From contig JBCKBR010000002.1 of NCBI GenBank assembly GCA_038911065.1, forward strand, positions 14,957 through 78,956: 64,000 nt of DNA, read 5' to 3'. How positions within the stretch are numbered: position 1 is the first letter of the stretch; every line of letters starts with the position of its first letter. The translations under genes were made by a program, and so were the position numbers. Shown piece by piece: positions 45,977-54,740 of this stretch. Below the pieces are notes generated by a model that worked only from the letters and a program-made list of their open reading frames with translations, searched no databases and had not been told where the DNA came from. The DNA is from Gaiellales bacterium. GTDB taxonomy: Bacteria > Actinomycetota > Thermoleophilia > Gaiellales > F1-60-MAGs149.

Positions 45977-46666
45977 ATGACTGAGCCCAAGGCAATCGTG
46001 CTTCTGAGCGGTGGGCTAGATTCGTCGACTGTTCTTGCTATCGCTCGAGAGCAGGGCTACCGTCCGCTCGCCCTTAGCTTCGATTATGGCCAACGGCACT
46101 CAAGCGAGCTCGACTGCGCACGTCGCGTCGCCGCGTCCCAGGGCGTGTCGGATCACGTTTTCGTATCGATCGACCTGGCCGTTTTTGGCGGATCGGCCTT
46201 GACCGCCGATATCGACGTCCCGAAGGGGCGGTCCGCGGAGGAGATGGCTGGCGAGATTCCCATCACGTACGTTCCCGCTCGTAACACGGTCTTCCTATCC
46301 TTCGCGCTCGCATACGCTGAGGTGATGGAGGCCAGCGACATCTTCGTCGGCGTCAACGCGCTCGATTACAGCGGCTATCCAGACTGTCGCCCCGAGTACA
46401 TCGCGGCCTTCGAGACGCTCGCCAACCTGGCCACGAAGTCTGGCGTGGAGGGAACGCAGCGATTCAAGATCCACGCGCCCCTGATGGAACTGACCAAGGC
46501 CGAGATCATCGAGCGCGGTCTTGGATTAGGCGTCGATTACTCGATTACCCAGAGCTGCTATGACCCGGATGGGCAAGGGCGCGCCTGTGGCGAGTGCGAC
46601 GCCTGCCACCTACGCCTGAGGGGATTTGAGCAGGCAGGGCAGCAGGACCCCGCGGACTACTCCTGA
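45977..46666 (+). CDS. queC: 7-cyano-7-deazaguanine (preQ0) synthase
   Basis: [31 protein letters not shown] and SCY...CGECDAC. Confidence 0.96.
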   Translation: MTEPKAIVLLSGGLDSSTVLAIAREQGYRPLALSFDYGQRHSSELDCARRVAASQGVSDHVFVSIDLAVFGGSALTADIDVPKGRSAEEMAGEIPITYVPARNTVFLSFALAYAEVMEASDIFVGVNALDYSGYPDCRPEYIAAFETLANLATKSGVEGTQRFKIHAPLMELTKAEIIERGLGLGVDYSITQSCYDPDGQGRACGECDACHLRLRGFEQAGQQDPADYS

Positions 46667-47172
46667 TGGGTGAGGATCTTCGACTGGCGCACTGCAACTA
46701 GTAGGCCTGCAGCAACCAGAGCGAGAGCGGTCTTCACCAGGAACTGGCCGAGCACCGCATCGAACGTGAGCGGGAAGCCCGCAATCCACAGGAACAACAC
46801 AGTGTCAACGGGAGCCGACACGATGCTCGAGATGATGACCGCACCCACGATCGTTCGCCGCCGCGTGGGCGTGAACACGGCTAGGTCGACGAGTTCTGAC
46901 GTGATGAATGCGAGTGCGCTCGCCACCGCAATCGCCGGGTTCGAGACGAGGATCGAGATGCCGCATCCGACGACGATTGTTACGAACGTCCAGCGGACCC
47001 CGAGCATCTCCTGAACGCCATCACGCGTGATGAGCGCAAGACCGGCGGCAAACGTGCCGGCGCTGACGAGCAATCCGAAGCCGATGCCCACGAGGCCGAA
47101 GCGCTCCGTCATGAAGTTGGCAACGATGATCGTCGCGAGGTACACGAGTACCCACGAGACTTTTGCGATCAT
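46657..47172 (-). CDS. VUT family (YhhQ-like) queuosine-precursor transporter
   Basis: IIVAN, AGTF...[25 protein letters not shown] and [10 protein letters not shown]; 5-6 TM helices. Confidence 0.8.
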   Translation of the reverse strand: MIAKVSWVLVYLATIIVANFMTERFGLVGIGFGLLVSAGTFAAGLALITRDGVQEMLGVRWTFVTIVVGCGISILVSNPAIAVASALAFITSELVDLAVFTPTRRRTIVGAVIISSIVSAPVDTVLFLWIAGFPLTFDAVLGQFLVKTALALVAAGLLVAVRQSKILTHQE

Positions 47173-47231
47173 GCGGTCTCCTTTTAAGCAAGTTGAAGCA
47201 ACGCGATAAGCTTACTCGGCGCTCTCCGCGG

Positions 47232-49100
47232 TCAACGATTTGGAATTGGCGCGGCGGCTTGGGCGAGGATTGACGACCATCCCGTACCCGCGGCAAACCT
47301 GATGTCTGCATTCCTGGCATGTCGCTGGATGCATTCAGTTGCGGCATGTTTGGCTGCGCGAGTGACCATAATTACCACATCGGCACTCTTTGATGCTTGA
47401 ACTAGTTGCTCACTGCAATCATGGTCCGCGCGTATGTCAATTACCGCGGACGCGCATTGTCTCTGCAGGTCGCCTTGAGCCTTGCGGGCGGCGTGCTCTA
47501 TTAGCGAGTAGATCAGCACGCGCTTCCCCTTCAGATGATCGAAGTTGGTGTCCGGTGTTCGCTCTTCAACGATCGGGTAGGGAATCGGATCAAGAGCGGC
47601 TCGCGAAAAGAGTTCGTTTAGTTCAGCAAACTGTGCTCGGCTCAAGCGAGGGGCGCTGGTTGCCAGTTCCTGTTGAGCGAAAGCGCTCAGATAACCGAGA
47701 AGTTCAGTCGATGCTGGACTCGTCGGACGATCGTGCTCCTGCAGCGTCGAAGCGAGATCCATGGCCCATGGGAATGCCTTTAGATTCGCGTAGGTTTGCC
47801 AATGCGCGATGCCTGCGGCAACCACGTCATCTACAACGTTCGGGTCAGGAGGACCGATTTCAAGTGCCCGATCGAGGGCGTCGCTTGCGGCGTAGCGGCT
47901 GACGCCATTCAACGCCCTGGTTTCCCACAGTGCCTTGGCTATCGCTAGTAGAACCGACGGCTCCAAGTCAGCGTGCGCCAGGATGTGCCCGCTGACCTTT
48001 GGGAGGAGATCCTGCCCGGTGATCAACTCAATCAACTCGGCGAGCGTGGCGGGACTCGGAGAGTCGTAATCCCACAGTGGCCATTCGCTGCAGCCCTCGT
48101 CAAGAGGTTCTTCGTGCACCTCAGTTCCTTGTAGCGGATCGCTCAGAGAATCGACGTACTGAGTGAGGAAATGCACCCACGTTCTCGTTGCTGCTTCAGG
48201 TTCGGGTTGAGCCGGTGGCGGCTGTGGTGCCTCGTGAGGGGTGGGCGGTTCTCGTTCCTGCGACGATTCGGCGTACCCAGGCGTTAGAGGATCATCTACG
48301 AGAAGGCGCCAGACCTCTCTCTCCTCGGCAGTCGATCCTGCCTTTGGGTGCAGCACGGCTCCTGTGATGTGTGGCGAGTAGTCCCGCAAGGCGGCTCGCA
48401 TGGCTGCCTCGGGAGCCTCGGATTGCTCGATCTCGATTGCGAAGATGGCGCGGGCAATGTCGCGTGAGATACCGCGAGGAACAACAGCAAGCATGCCGAA
48501 TTGGGCGAGGTCGGCGAGTTCTAGTACATCTCGATGTCGTCGCTCCGCGGCAAGACAGCGGCAACGAATGAACTCAACGTCCGTCGCGCTAAAGCCCTCG
48601 CTTGAGATCAGGACGTCTGCAATCTCTAAGGCGCGATCCCCTCTTCCAGCTTCGACCTCCGCATCAAGCAATCTGAGCGCGCTTGCCACCGGCATTGCGC
48701 GCTGCGCCGTGATCGCGGGACGCGCAAGGAGCGACTGCATCATCCGCTCAGTGGAGAGGGCCATGTTCTTGAGATGGCTCTCGGGCGACACGAGGCGAAC
48801 GCGTCGGCCGCTATCGCCATCCAGTCGAGTTGCTGCAGCTTCGAGAGCGTTGTTTTGGGGGACAGATGATCGGTTGCACCAGGTCGGATGCAGATGGCCT
48901 CGCACGATCTCTTCGAGAAGCGCATCAGACGCGCTGGTGCAGGCCCATACGAGCCAGTCCCACTCGCCGTCAGGACGAGGCGCACAGAGAACACGAACCG
49001 GGAATTGGACCCCGAGGTCGGGAGTCGAGTATCCCCGGACGATTCCAGCAAGGCCGGTCCTGCCAAGACCTTCAAGGGCGAGTTCGGACTCCGTGATCAT
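47232..49100 (-). CDS. dpdD: protein DpdD
   Basis: Last large gene after the PLD gene. C-terminal KRVLIYSL...SADVVIMVTRAAKHAAT...GTGWSSIL domain. ATGA overlap. Confidence 0.78.
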   Translation of the reverse strand: MITESELALEGLGRTGLAGIVRGYSTPDLGVQFPVRVLCAPRPDGEWDWLVWACTSASDALLEEIVRGHLHPTWCNRSSVPQNNALEAAATRLDGDSGRRVRLVSPESHLKNMALSTERMMQSLLARPAITAQRAMPVASALRLLDAEVEAGRGDRALEIADVLISSEGFSATDVEFIRCRCLAAERRHRDVLELADLAQFGMLAVVPRGISRDIARAIFAIEIEQSEAPEAAMRAALRDYSPHITGAVLHPKAGSTAEEREVWRLLVDDPLTPGYAESSQEREPPTPHEAPQPPPAQPEPEAATRTWVHFLTQYVDSLSDPLQGTEVHEEPLDEGCSEWPLWDYDSPSPATLAELIELITGQDLLPKVSGHILAHADLEPSVLLAIAKALWETRALNGVSRYAASDALDRALEIGPPDPNVVDDVVAAGIAHWQTYANLKAFPWAMDLASTLQEHDRPTSPASTELLGYLSAFAQQELATSAPRLSRAQFAELNELFSRAALDPIPYPIVEERTPDTNFDHLKGKRVLIYSLIEHAARKAQGDLQRQCASAVIDIRADHDCSEQLVQASKSADVVIMVTRAAKHAATECIQRHARNADIRFAAGTGWSSILAQAAAPIPNR

Positions 49101-49636
49101 GCAGCGTCTTTCCAAGCCCGTCGGGCATATGCGAGCCGTTCGGCGACTCTTGCTGCCTCCCGTTCCAGCACAACGTCCTCACCGTTCTCGTTGAATCCAT
49201 ACCAGGTGAAATTCATTGAGCCGGTGATTGCTGCGAGACCTTCGATGATGAGCATCTTATTGTGCTGGTGCTCCGCCATCCGAATGTCAATGGGCAGGTT
49301 GCTGCTTCGTGTGACGAGTCGGTCTCGAAACGTATTGTTGTGATCCGTTTCCCAGCAGATCACCTTCACGTCACTGCCGCCACGCGCGAGTTCACAGAGT
49401 GCTTCGGATAATCTGATTCCAGTCTCCGGAAGTTCCGGTAGCAATGCTCGGAACCGTCCTGCGGTGTTGTCGAGGACCTCAACGTCGGAAACCCATGCTG
49501 AGATCAGATAGACTTGGGCAGGTCTGGCGAGGAGCGCACTGGCGAGCACGTTTTGGACCATTGCGCTGATTACGTCGGATGCGTGGCCTGGAAGGGTCGT
49601 GACACCGGCAGTGGTCGGAAGCTGCTCCGGGGTCAT
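49097..49636 (-). CDS. dpdK: phospholipase D-like nuclease DpdK
   Basis: VYLISAWVSDVEVLDN and HNKMLI...ITGSMNFT (HxK...GSxN). Confidence 0.88.
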   Translation of the reverse strand: MTPEQLPTTAGVTTLPGHASDVISAMVQNVLASALLARPAQVYLISAWVSDVEVLDNTAGRFRALLPELPETGIRLSEALCELARGGSDVKVICWETDHNNTFRDRLVTRSSNLPIDIRMAEHQHNKMLIIEGLAAITGSMNFTWYGFNENGEDVVLEREAARVAERLAYARRAWKDAA

Positions 49637-52600
49637 TGCGCGAGTTCCCGCACTTCCAGATCAACGTAAACGAGATCGCCTTCTCTTCCTACTCCAACAA
49701 TGCGGGCGCGCGCCAAGACAGAGCGCGCATCAAATGCAATGCACGTGGCTCCGAGGGCAGCAACAGCAATCTCCTTCTCGCGGGGCGCTGGCGCAATCAG
49801 ACGTGCGTGACCGTTAGAAATCTTTGCCTTCAAAAGGTCGATCCAATTCTCGTCAGCAATGGCAATGGAAGGCGTGTCTTCGGAGAATCGGTGTTGCAGC
49901 ATGAGACGGTCAGCGAGATCGCTCACCCCTGCGCGATTGAACCGGGACCAAGCGTTCAAGGATGCTGTCCGGGCCATGCGACCGCGTGGCCAGAGCAGGC
50001 TCACTGATCTGTCAATGTCACCGGCTCCACCGAGCCGTCTAGGGGCTGCGTAGGCGACCTCTTGGGGATCGAGTTCGAGATTCAGTTGGCGCTCGAGCTC
50101 GTCCCATGCCGACAGGAGTTGGGTTACCGATGAATCAGTTTCGTGGCTGCTTCCGGGACGTAAGATCCGCAGCGATAGCGTCGACATCATCGCTGAATTG
50201 GCGAGTAGCCCCTGCGCCTTGAGCGTGTCGCTCAGTGCCTGCAGAGCGGCACTCGTGGTCTCAATTGAAGTCGCAGTTCGCACCGCAGCGAACGCCGCTC
50301 CGATAGCACCGCCGGGGTCGGTCGCAGCAGAACTGACAGCGGCGCGGAGGCCAGCGTCTGCGATCTCCACGGTTGATGGACCGGCAGCAGCTTCAACGAG
50401 GTCAGCGAATCGGCGAGGGTCATCGAGAATGTTCGTCCGAAGTTCGTCTAGCACCCCGATGCTGCCAACTCCCGGCTCACACATCCAGATTCGTTCCTCT
50501 CCTGGTTTTGGCGCGTCGCTAACGCGATCTACGATCTCGACGTCCAGTTGGAGCTCATCGGCTCCAATGTTTGGGTTTAGCTGGTTGAGGGCATCGCGCA
50601 CGACCGCTGCAAGGGTTATTCGCTGCGATTCATTGAGGATGGAGGCCAACTGCGCATCGGAGGGGTCTCGCGCGGATCGCAAGGCATCGACGAGCGTTGG
50701 TCCCGCCAATGGATTGTCGTTCATGAAGCTGGACAGTCGTTGCCATCGAGCGCCTGGGTTCTCAGGGTCGGGGTCATCGGGACCTTCGGGTTCTTGGCCT
50801 GGCTGCAGAGTGGGCCCGGCATGCGCCGTCGTTTGCATGGCCTTCAAGACGGCGGCGACAAGCGCCTGCGGATCATCACATAACTGATCTAGTGCTTTGT
50901 CGGCGTCTGCCGCAGCCGCCAGCGCCAGCCTGAGGTATTGGCGAATGCCAAGAATGTCAAAGTCACTGAGCAGATCTCGGAGGCCTTGGTGCTGGATGAG
51001 AGCGGCGTCAAAGTGCATGGTTCGCAGCGCCCTTGCTGCCGCCTCGCCAAGTTCTACGAATGTGATTGGATCCGTAGGCGCTGCGATGAAGCAGGCGTCA
51101 ACGGTCTCCCGGTAGCCGATGGCCACAGGCTCGCCGGCGTGGCAGAACGATTGCTCGTGACGAACACCGTCGGGAGAGACCGCGTCTGCGCCAACGAGTG
51201 CGCGAGCGACGATAGGAGCGCATCCAAGCGAGTGAGTCATGAACGTGATGCTGGTTGCTGGCCGATTGCCTCTGCGAGAAGCGAGCAACGCAACCGGTTC
51301 CGCGTTCGCCGTAGGGGCATCCTCGCTTCCACTCACGAGGCTCGACCAAATCGGGCGCGAGTTCCAGCGTTGATCGGTTCGGTTCTGGGTTCGGCTGAGG
51401 TGGATCCTGTAGGGCCGCATCAGGCGCAGTTCCGATGTCCCGCAGGCACTGGGCACGGTCGCTGCCAGGTCATCAAGCACTCCGGGGTACTCGATGCTCC
51501 GTCCCAAAGCATCCGCTGGCACCCAGTGCCACTGTGTGAAGTGGTCGGTTGCAAAGCGCCGGGTCGGATTGCCGGGCCGCATGTAGGCCAAAGCCTGATC
51601 GATGGGGAGCCTCGGGATCGGGTCGCCCGAATAGTTGTCCCCACCTGCCGGGGATGCATCCTGGAGTTCGACGAGGACCTCGGGCACGTTCAGGTCGGCA
51701 AAGGTTGCGCTAGGAACGTGGGATGGCAGAGGGTGGTGGTCAACGAAGTAGTCACGTTCTCCTCGTGCAGTCGTCCAGCCCGACGCGATTTGCCGCAGCA
51801 GCGTGGGAACGACGCTCGTCATCAGCCCGCGTGGCTGGCCCCAGAGTATTGCGTTAAGCGTGGTCTCGGATTCGACGCCCAAGGCGCCGCGAAGGTGCCG
51901 CTCGAACTGGTTACGAGTTGCTTCGTCCACTAGGACGGCTTCGAGGATTTTTGCTGACTGCTGCCGTCTTCCTTGGTTCCCGTGCGCGTCCGACGAAAGG
52001 TCCGTCCATGCGTTGAGCCCCTGGACCTTCGTTGCAAGCCAATCGAGAAGGGCCCAGGCTGCCTGCACTCGTAGGACGAAGAGGCTTGCAGTCGGGAGTG
52101 GGTTGAATGGGACCGTTGGCTCGAGGAGGCGCTCGAACCCGAGAAACGAAGAACGATCTCGCCCAAAGTCGCTCAGAACTATCGCGGTAAGGGGGCGCAT
52201 GTGTGGCTTTCGACCGGCGCGGCCACGACGTTGAATTAACGCGGCGCTGTCGCGAGTGGTCTGATGTTGCACGACGGCGCCCACCTCGGGGTCATCGAAT
52301 CCCACTTCGAGGGAAGATGATGCGACGACGACATCGGCCGTCGAGTCGACGCCAGTTCGTTGGGATGACGTGAGGGCGACGCGAAGCGGTGTGTCCAGCG
52401 ATCCTGAAAGTGCTGCGGCTGGTCTCCAGTTCTGCCCAGAGGCCTCTCTGTCGTGTCGATCGTCCCCGAGGTCGCTTCGAAGTGAGGCTAGAGGAGCGCG
52501 CGGTGGGTGGCTGGCTCCTCGCTCTGCATCTCTTACCGCCCAGTAGAGTCGATTCACGTTGTCGAGCGAGTTGGCGAACGCGAATGTCTTGGTCCCGCTA

Positions 52601-54015
52601 GTGCCTGACTTTTGGCTCAGCCCCTCCCAGCGTTCCATCATTCGCTCGACCAGGAAGATCGTCTGAACGGTTGCTGACATCGTGGAGGTACCAGAGGTTG
52701 GGTCGCTCCTGAGCAGGATCGTGTGCTCAGCCGACTGGGCATCGAGTTCGTCCTTGCTTGGCTCGATAACGTCGATGTCCTCTAGCGATACCCCCGCCAG
52801 CCCGGCGAGATGCTCTCGTGGACGATCGAGAGTGGCTGATAGTCCAACGACGTGCGGTCGAGGCCCCCGAAGCGCGTTTTGCCAGCGCCGTAGAGTGAGC
52901 GCCGCTAGGGCTCCAGACGTGCCTGTGTACAGGTGCGCTTCGTCGAGCAGTAGCACTGCTGGGGATGCAACCTCGCCGACCAGCACGCTTCGACTGCTCG
53001 CGTCAGCCAAGAGTCGATTCACCATCTCGATCGTCGTCAAGAGGATGTTCGGCGGCCGTTGCTTAATGGACTGGCGGGTAAGCCTTACCTGTCCTTCCTT
53101 TGACCTCCAGCCGCAGGTGGGGCAGACGAGCGTTTCTGTGGGGAACGGTGCCTTCCACTGCAGTGCGCTATCGCATTCGGGTTGAGGACAGAAGAGGTAG
53201 GTGCTGGTGCGGACCCCATTCAACGCATCGGACCAGCCGCTACTCCTCGTACCCAACTTCGTGTCTCTGATGGTCGGACCAAAGTACGCACCAACAGAGG
53301 GAGCGCTCCCCAGAGCACCATGAACGAGGTCAGACTGTCGAATCGCCTCGCGCAACTGGTCCTTAAGAAGCTCGTTGCGCGGATAGATCGCCAGGGCAAC
53401 GGTCCTATCTGATGGGCCCTCTTGCTCGGCGATGTGAAGCAGGAGCGGGAGGTAGAACGCCTTGGTCTTGCCGCCGCCGGTCCCAGCGGAGATGAGGGTC
53501 CCGCTGCCTCGGAGTGGCGAGGGTGGTTGCCGAAGGTGGGAGCGAATTCTCGCGGCGCCTCGCACCTGGAATCCTGCGAGCTGAATCGCTCCACCCTCCA
53601 TCATCGCCTCGATGGCACGCCCCCCCGCGCCACCCGGTTCTACTCCCAACTGCGCGATCACCTCGTCTGCCCCCAGGTCGCGGCGTGGGAACCTGCGGGG
53701 TCGCGATGCGACGCGGAACGCATCGATGAGCGACGGACTGGTGCGCCAGTTGCCGCCGTGGAAGAGTTGGCGGTTCAGCGCAAGCAGTCTGACTGTCGTC
53801 GCGAACCTCGTCCGGAATCCGCCGGCAGCCACGAAGATGAGCTTCTGCGTTTGGAGCCGCTCGAATCGCTCGTCGAAGCTATCGATGCCGGCTTGGTCGG
53901 CAATCGCCGCCGCCTCGCCATGCGTGACGACGCCGTCTACATACCCCCAACTGAGCAGCGTGAGTTCACGTTGTTCAATGGCCGAGAGTAGCCTGTCGTC
54001 GAGGTCGGAAAGCAT
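49633..54015 (-). CDS. dpdJ: DEAD/DEAH helicase DpdJ
   Basis: LLSWG N-terminus, AGTGGGKT, IYPRNELLKDQ, Zn motif CPQPEC..CPTC, DEAH, LSAT, SLEVGFDDP and QRRGRAGR. Confidence 0.88.
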   Translation of the reverse strand: MLSDLDDRLLSAIEQRELTLLSWGYVDGVVTHGEAAAIADQAGIDSFDERFERLQTQKLIFVAAGGFRTRFATTVRLLALNRQLFHGGNWRTSPSLIDAFRVASRPRRFPRRDLGADEVIAQLGVEPGGAGGRAIEAMMEGGAIQLAGFQVRGAARIRSHLRQPPSPLRGSGTLISAGTGGGKTKAFYLPLLLHIAEQEGPSDRTVALAIYPRNELLKDQLREAIRQSDLVHGALGSAPSVGAYFGPTIRDTKLGTRSSGWSDALNGVRTSTYLFCPQPECDSALQWKAPFPTETLVCPTCGWRSKEGQVRLTRQSIKQRPPNILLTTIEMVNRLLADASSRSVLVGEVASPAVLLLDEAHLYTGTSGALAALTLRRWQNALRGPRPHVVGLSATLDRPREHLAGLAGVSLEDIDVIEPSKDELDAQSAEHTILLRSDPTSGTSTMSATVQTIFLVERMMERWEGLSQKSGTSGTKTFAFANSLDNVNRLYWAVRDAERGASHPPRAPLASLRSDLGDDRHDREASGQNWRPAAALSGSLDTPLRVALTSSQRTGVDSTADVVVASSSLEVGFDDPEVGAVVQHQTTRDSAALIQRRGRAGRKPHMRPLTAIVLSDFGRDRSSFLGFERLLEPTVPFNPLPTASLFVLRVQAAWALLDWLATKVQGLNAWTDLSSDAHGNQGRRQQSAKILEAVLVDEATRNQFERHLRGALGVESETTLNAILWGQPRGLMTSVVPTLLRQIASGWTTARGERDYFVDHHPLPSHVPSATFADLNVPEVLVELQDASPAGGDNYSGDPIPRLPIDQALAYMRPGNPTRRFATDHFTQWHWVPADALGRSIEYPGVLDDLAATVPSACGTSELRLMRPYRIHLSRTQNRTDQRWNSRPIWSSLVSGSEDAPTANAEPVALLASRRGNRPATSITFMTHSLGCAPIVARALVGADAVSPDGVRHEQSFCHAGEPVAIGYRETVDACFIAAPTDPITFVELGEAAARALRTMHFDAALIQHQGLRDLLSDFDILGIRQYLRLALAAAADADKALDQLCDDPQALVAAVLKAMQTTAHAGPTLQPGQEPEGPDDPDPENPGARWQRLSSFMNDNPLAGPTLVDALRSARDPSDAQLASILNESQRITLAAVVRDALNQLNPNIGADELQLDVEIVDRVSDAPKPGEERIWMCEPGVGSIGVLDELRTNILDDPRRFADLVEAAAGPSTVEIADAGLRAAVSSAATDPGGAIGAAFAAVRTATSIETTSAALQALSDTLKAQGLLANSAMMSTLSLRILRPGSSHETDSSVTQLLSAWDELERQLNLELDPQEVAYAAPRRLGGAGDIDRSVSLLWPRGRMARTASLNAWSRFNRAGVSDLADRLMLQHRFSEDTPSIAIADENWIDLLKAKISNGHARLIAPAPREKEIAVAALGATCIAFDARSVLARARIVGVGREGDLVYVDLEVRELAQ

Positions 54016-54026
54016 CGTCTCGACTT

Positions 54027-54740
54027 CTATTCCTGCGGCGGCGAGGTCAGCCAAACTTGGTCGGGCAGATGCTCTTTGAGCCTCATCAGGTCTTGTTCGG
54101 AGACTTCGTCCAGCATCGCACCGTCGCCGCGAAGGATGCATCTGATCGTCTCGAAGCTGTCCCAGGCAATTTTAGCGCCGACCGGAAGCGCCCCAATCCG
54201 CTCCCGTAGAGCTTCGATGTCTTGCTCTAGTCGAGCCATGCCTTCTTCATCAAGAAGAGTCTCATCATGCGCCCGTGAGTTGATGCTGCGCAATGAACCT
54301 AGCGCGGTTCTTGCAGATGGCTCTGACACAGCGAGGCGTTCGAGAGCCTCTTGTTTAATGATCAGATCAGCCAAGAGCGTGGTCAGAAATGCCTGCTGCG
54401 TCCTCCGGAGCGCCGCACTCGCGTCCCGTTGGGTGCCCCTGAGGCTTGCATCGAATGCTTTGAGATCTATGATTGCATTCTGGCTCAGATTGGTGCCGCT
54501 CATCTGCTCGAGAGCATCCGCTGCTCCTTTGCATGCGACCTTCAATGAGTCGCGCTCACCGGCTTCTACTCGTTGTAAACGCGCGGTGTTGGTGATGGCC
54601 GCGGAAGTGAAGGCATTGAATAGTGTCATTGAAGACTCGTGAATTGATTCGAGAAGATTCTCTCTCTCCAGTGCAGTCGCGGCGGTGTTTGCGCCTTCCA
54701 ATCCCGTTACTGCTGCGTTTAGAAGCTGCACGATCGTCAT
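54027..54740 (-). CDS. dpdI: probable DpdI (helical protein)
   Basis: 237-aa coiled-coil-like ORF between dpdH and dpdJ. Assigned by position and size only. Confidence 0.6.
   Translation of the reverse strand: MTIVQLLNAAVTGLEGANTAATALERENLLESIHESSMTLFNAFTSAAITNTARLQRVEAGERDSLKVACKGAADALEQMSGTNLSQNAIIDLKAFDASLRGTQRDASAALRRTQQAFLTTLLADLIIKQEALERLAVSEPSARTALGSLRSINSRAHDETLLDEEGMARLEQDIEALRERIGALPVGAKIAWDSFETIRCILRGDGAMLDEVSEQDLMRLKEHLPDQVWLTSPPQE

Noticed and set aside
45977-46666. QueC as QatC or a type IV CBASS component
   Set aside because: It has canonical QueC length and motifs, with no qatA/B/D, cyclase or TGT nearby. The Dpd context explains it.
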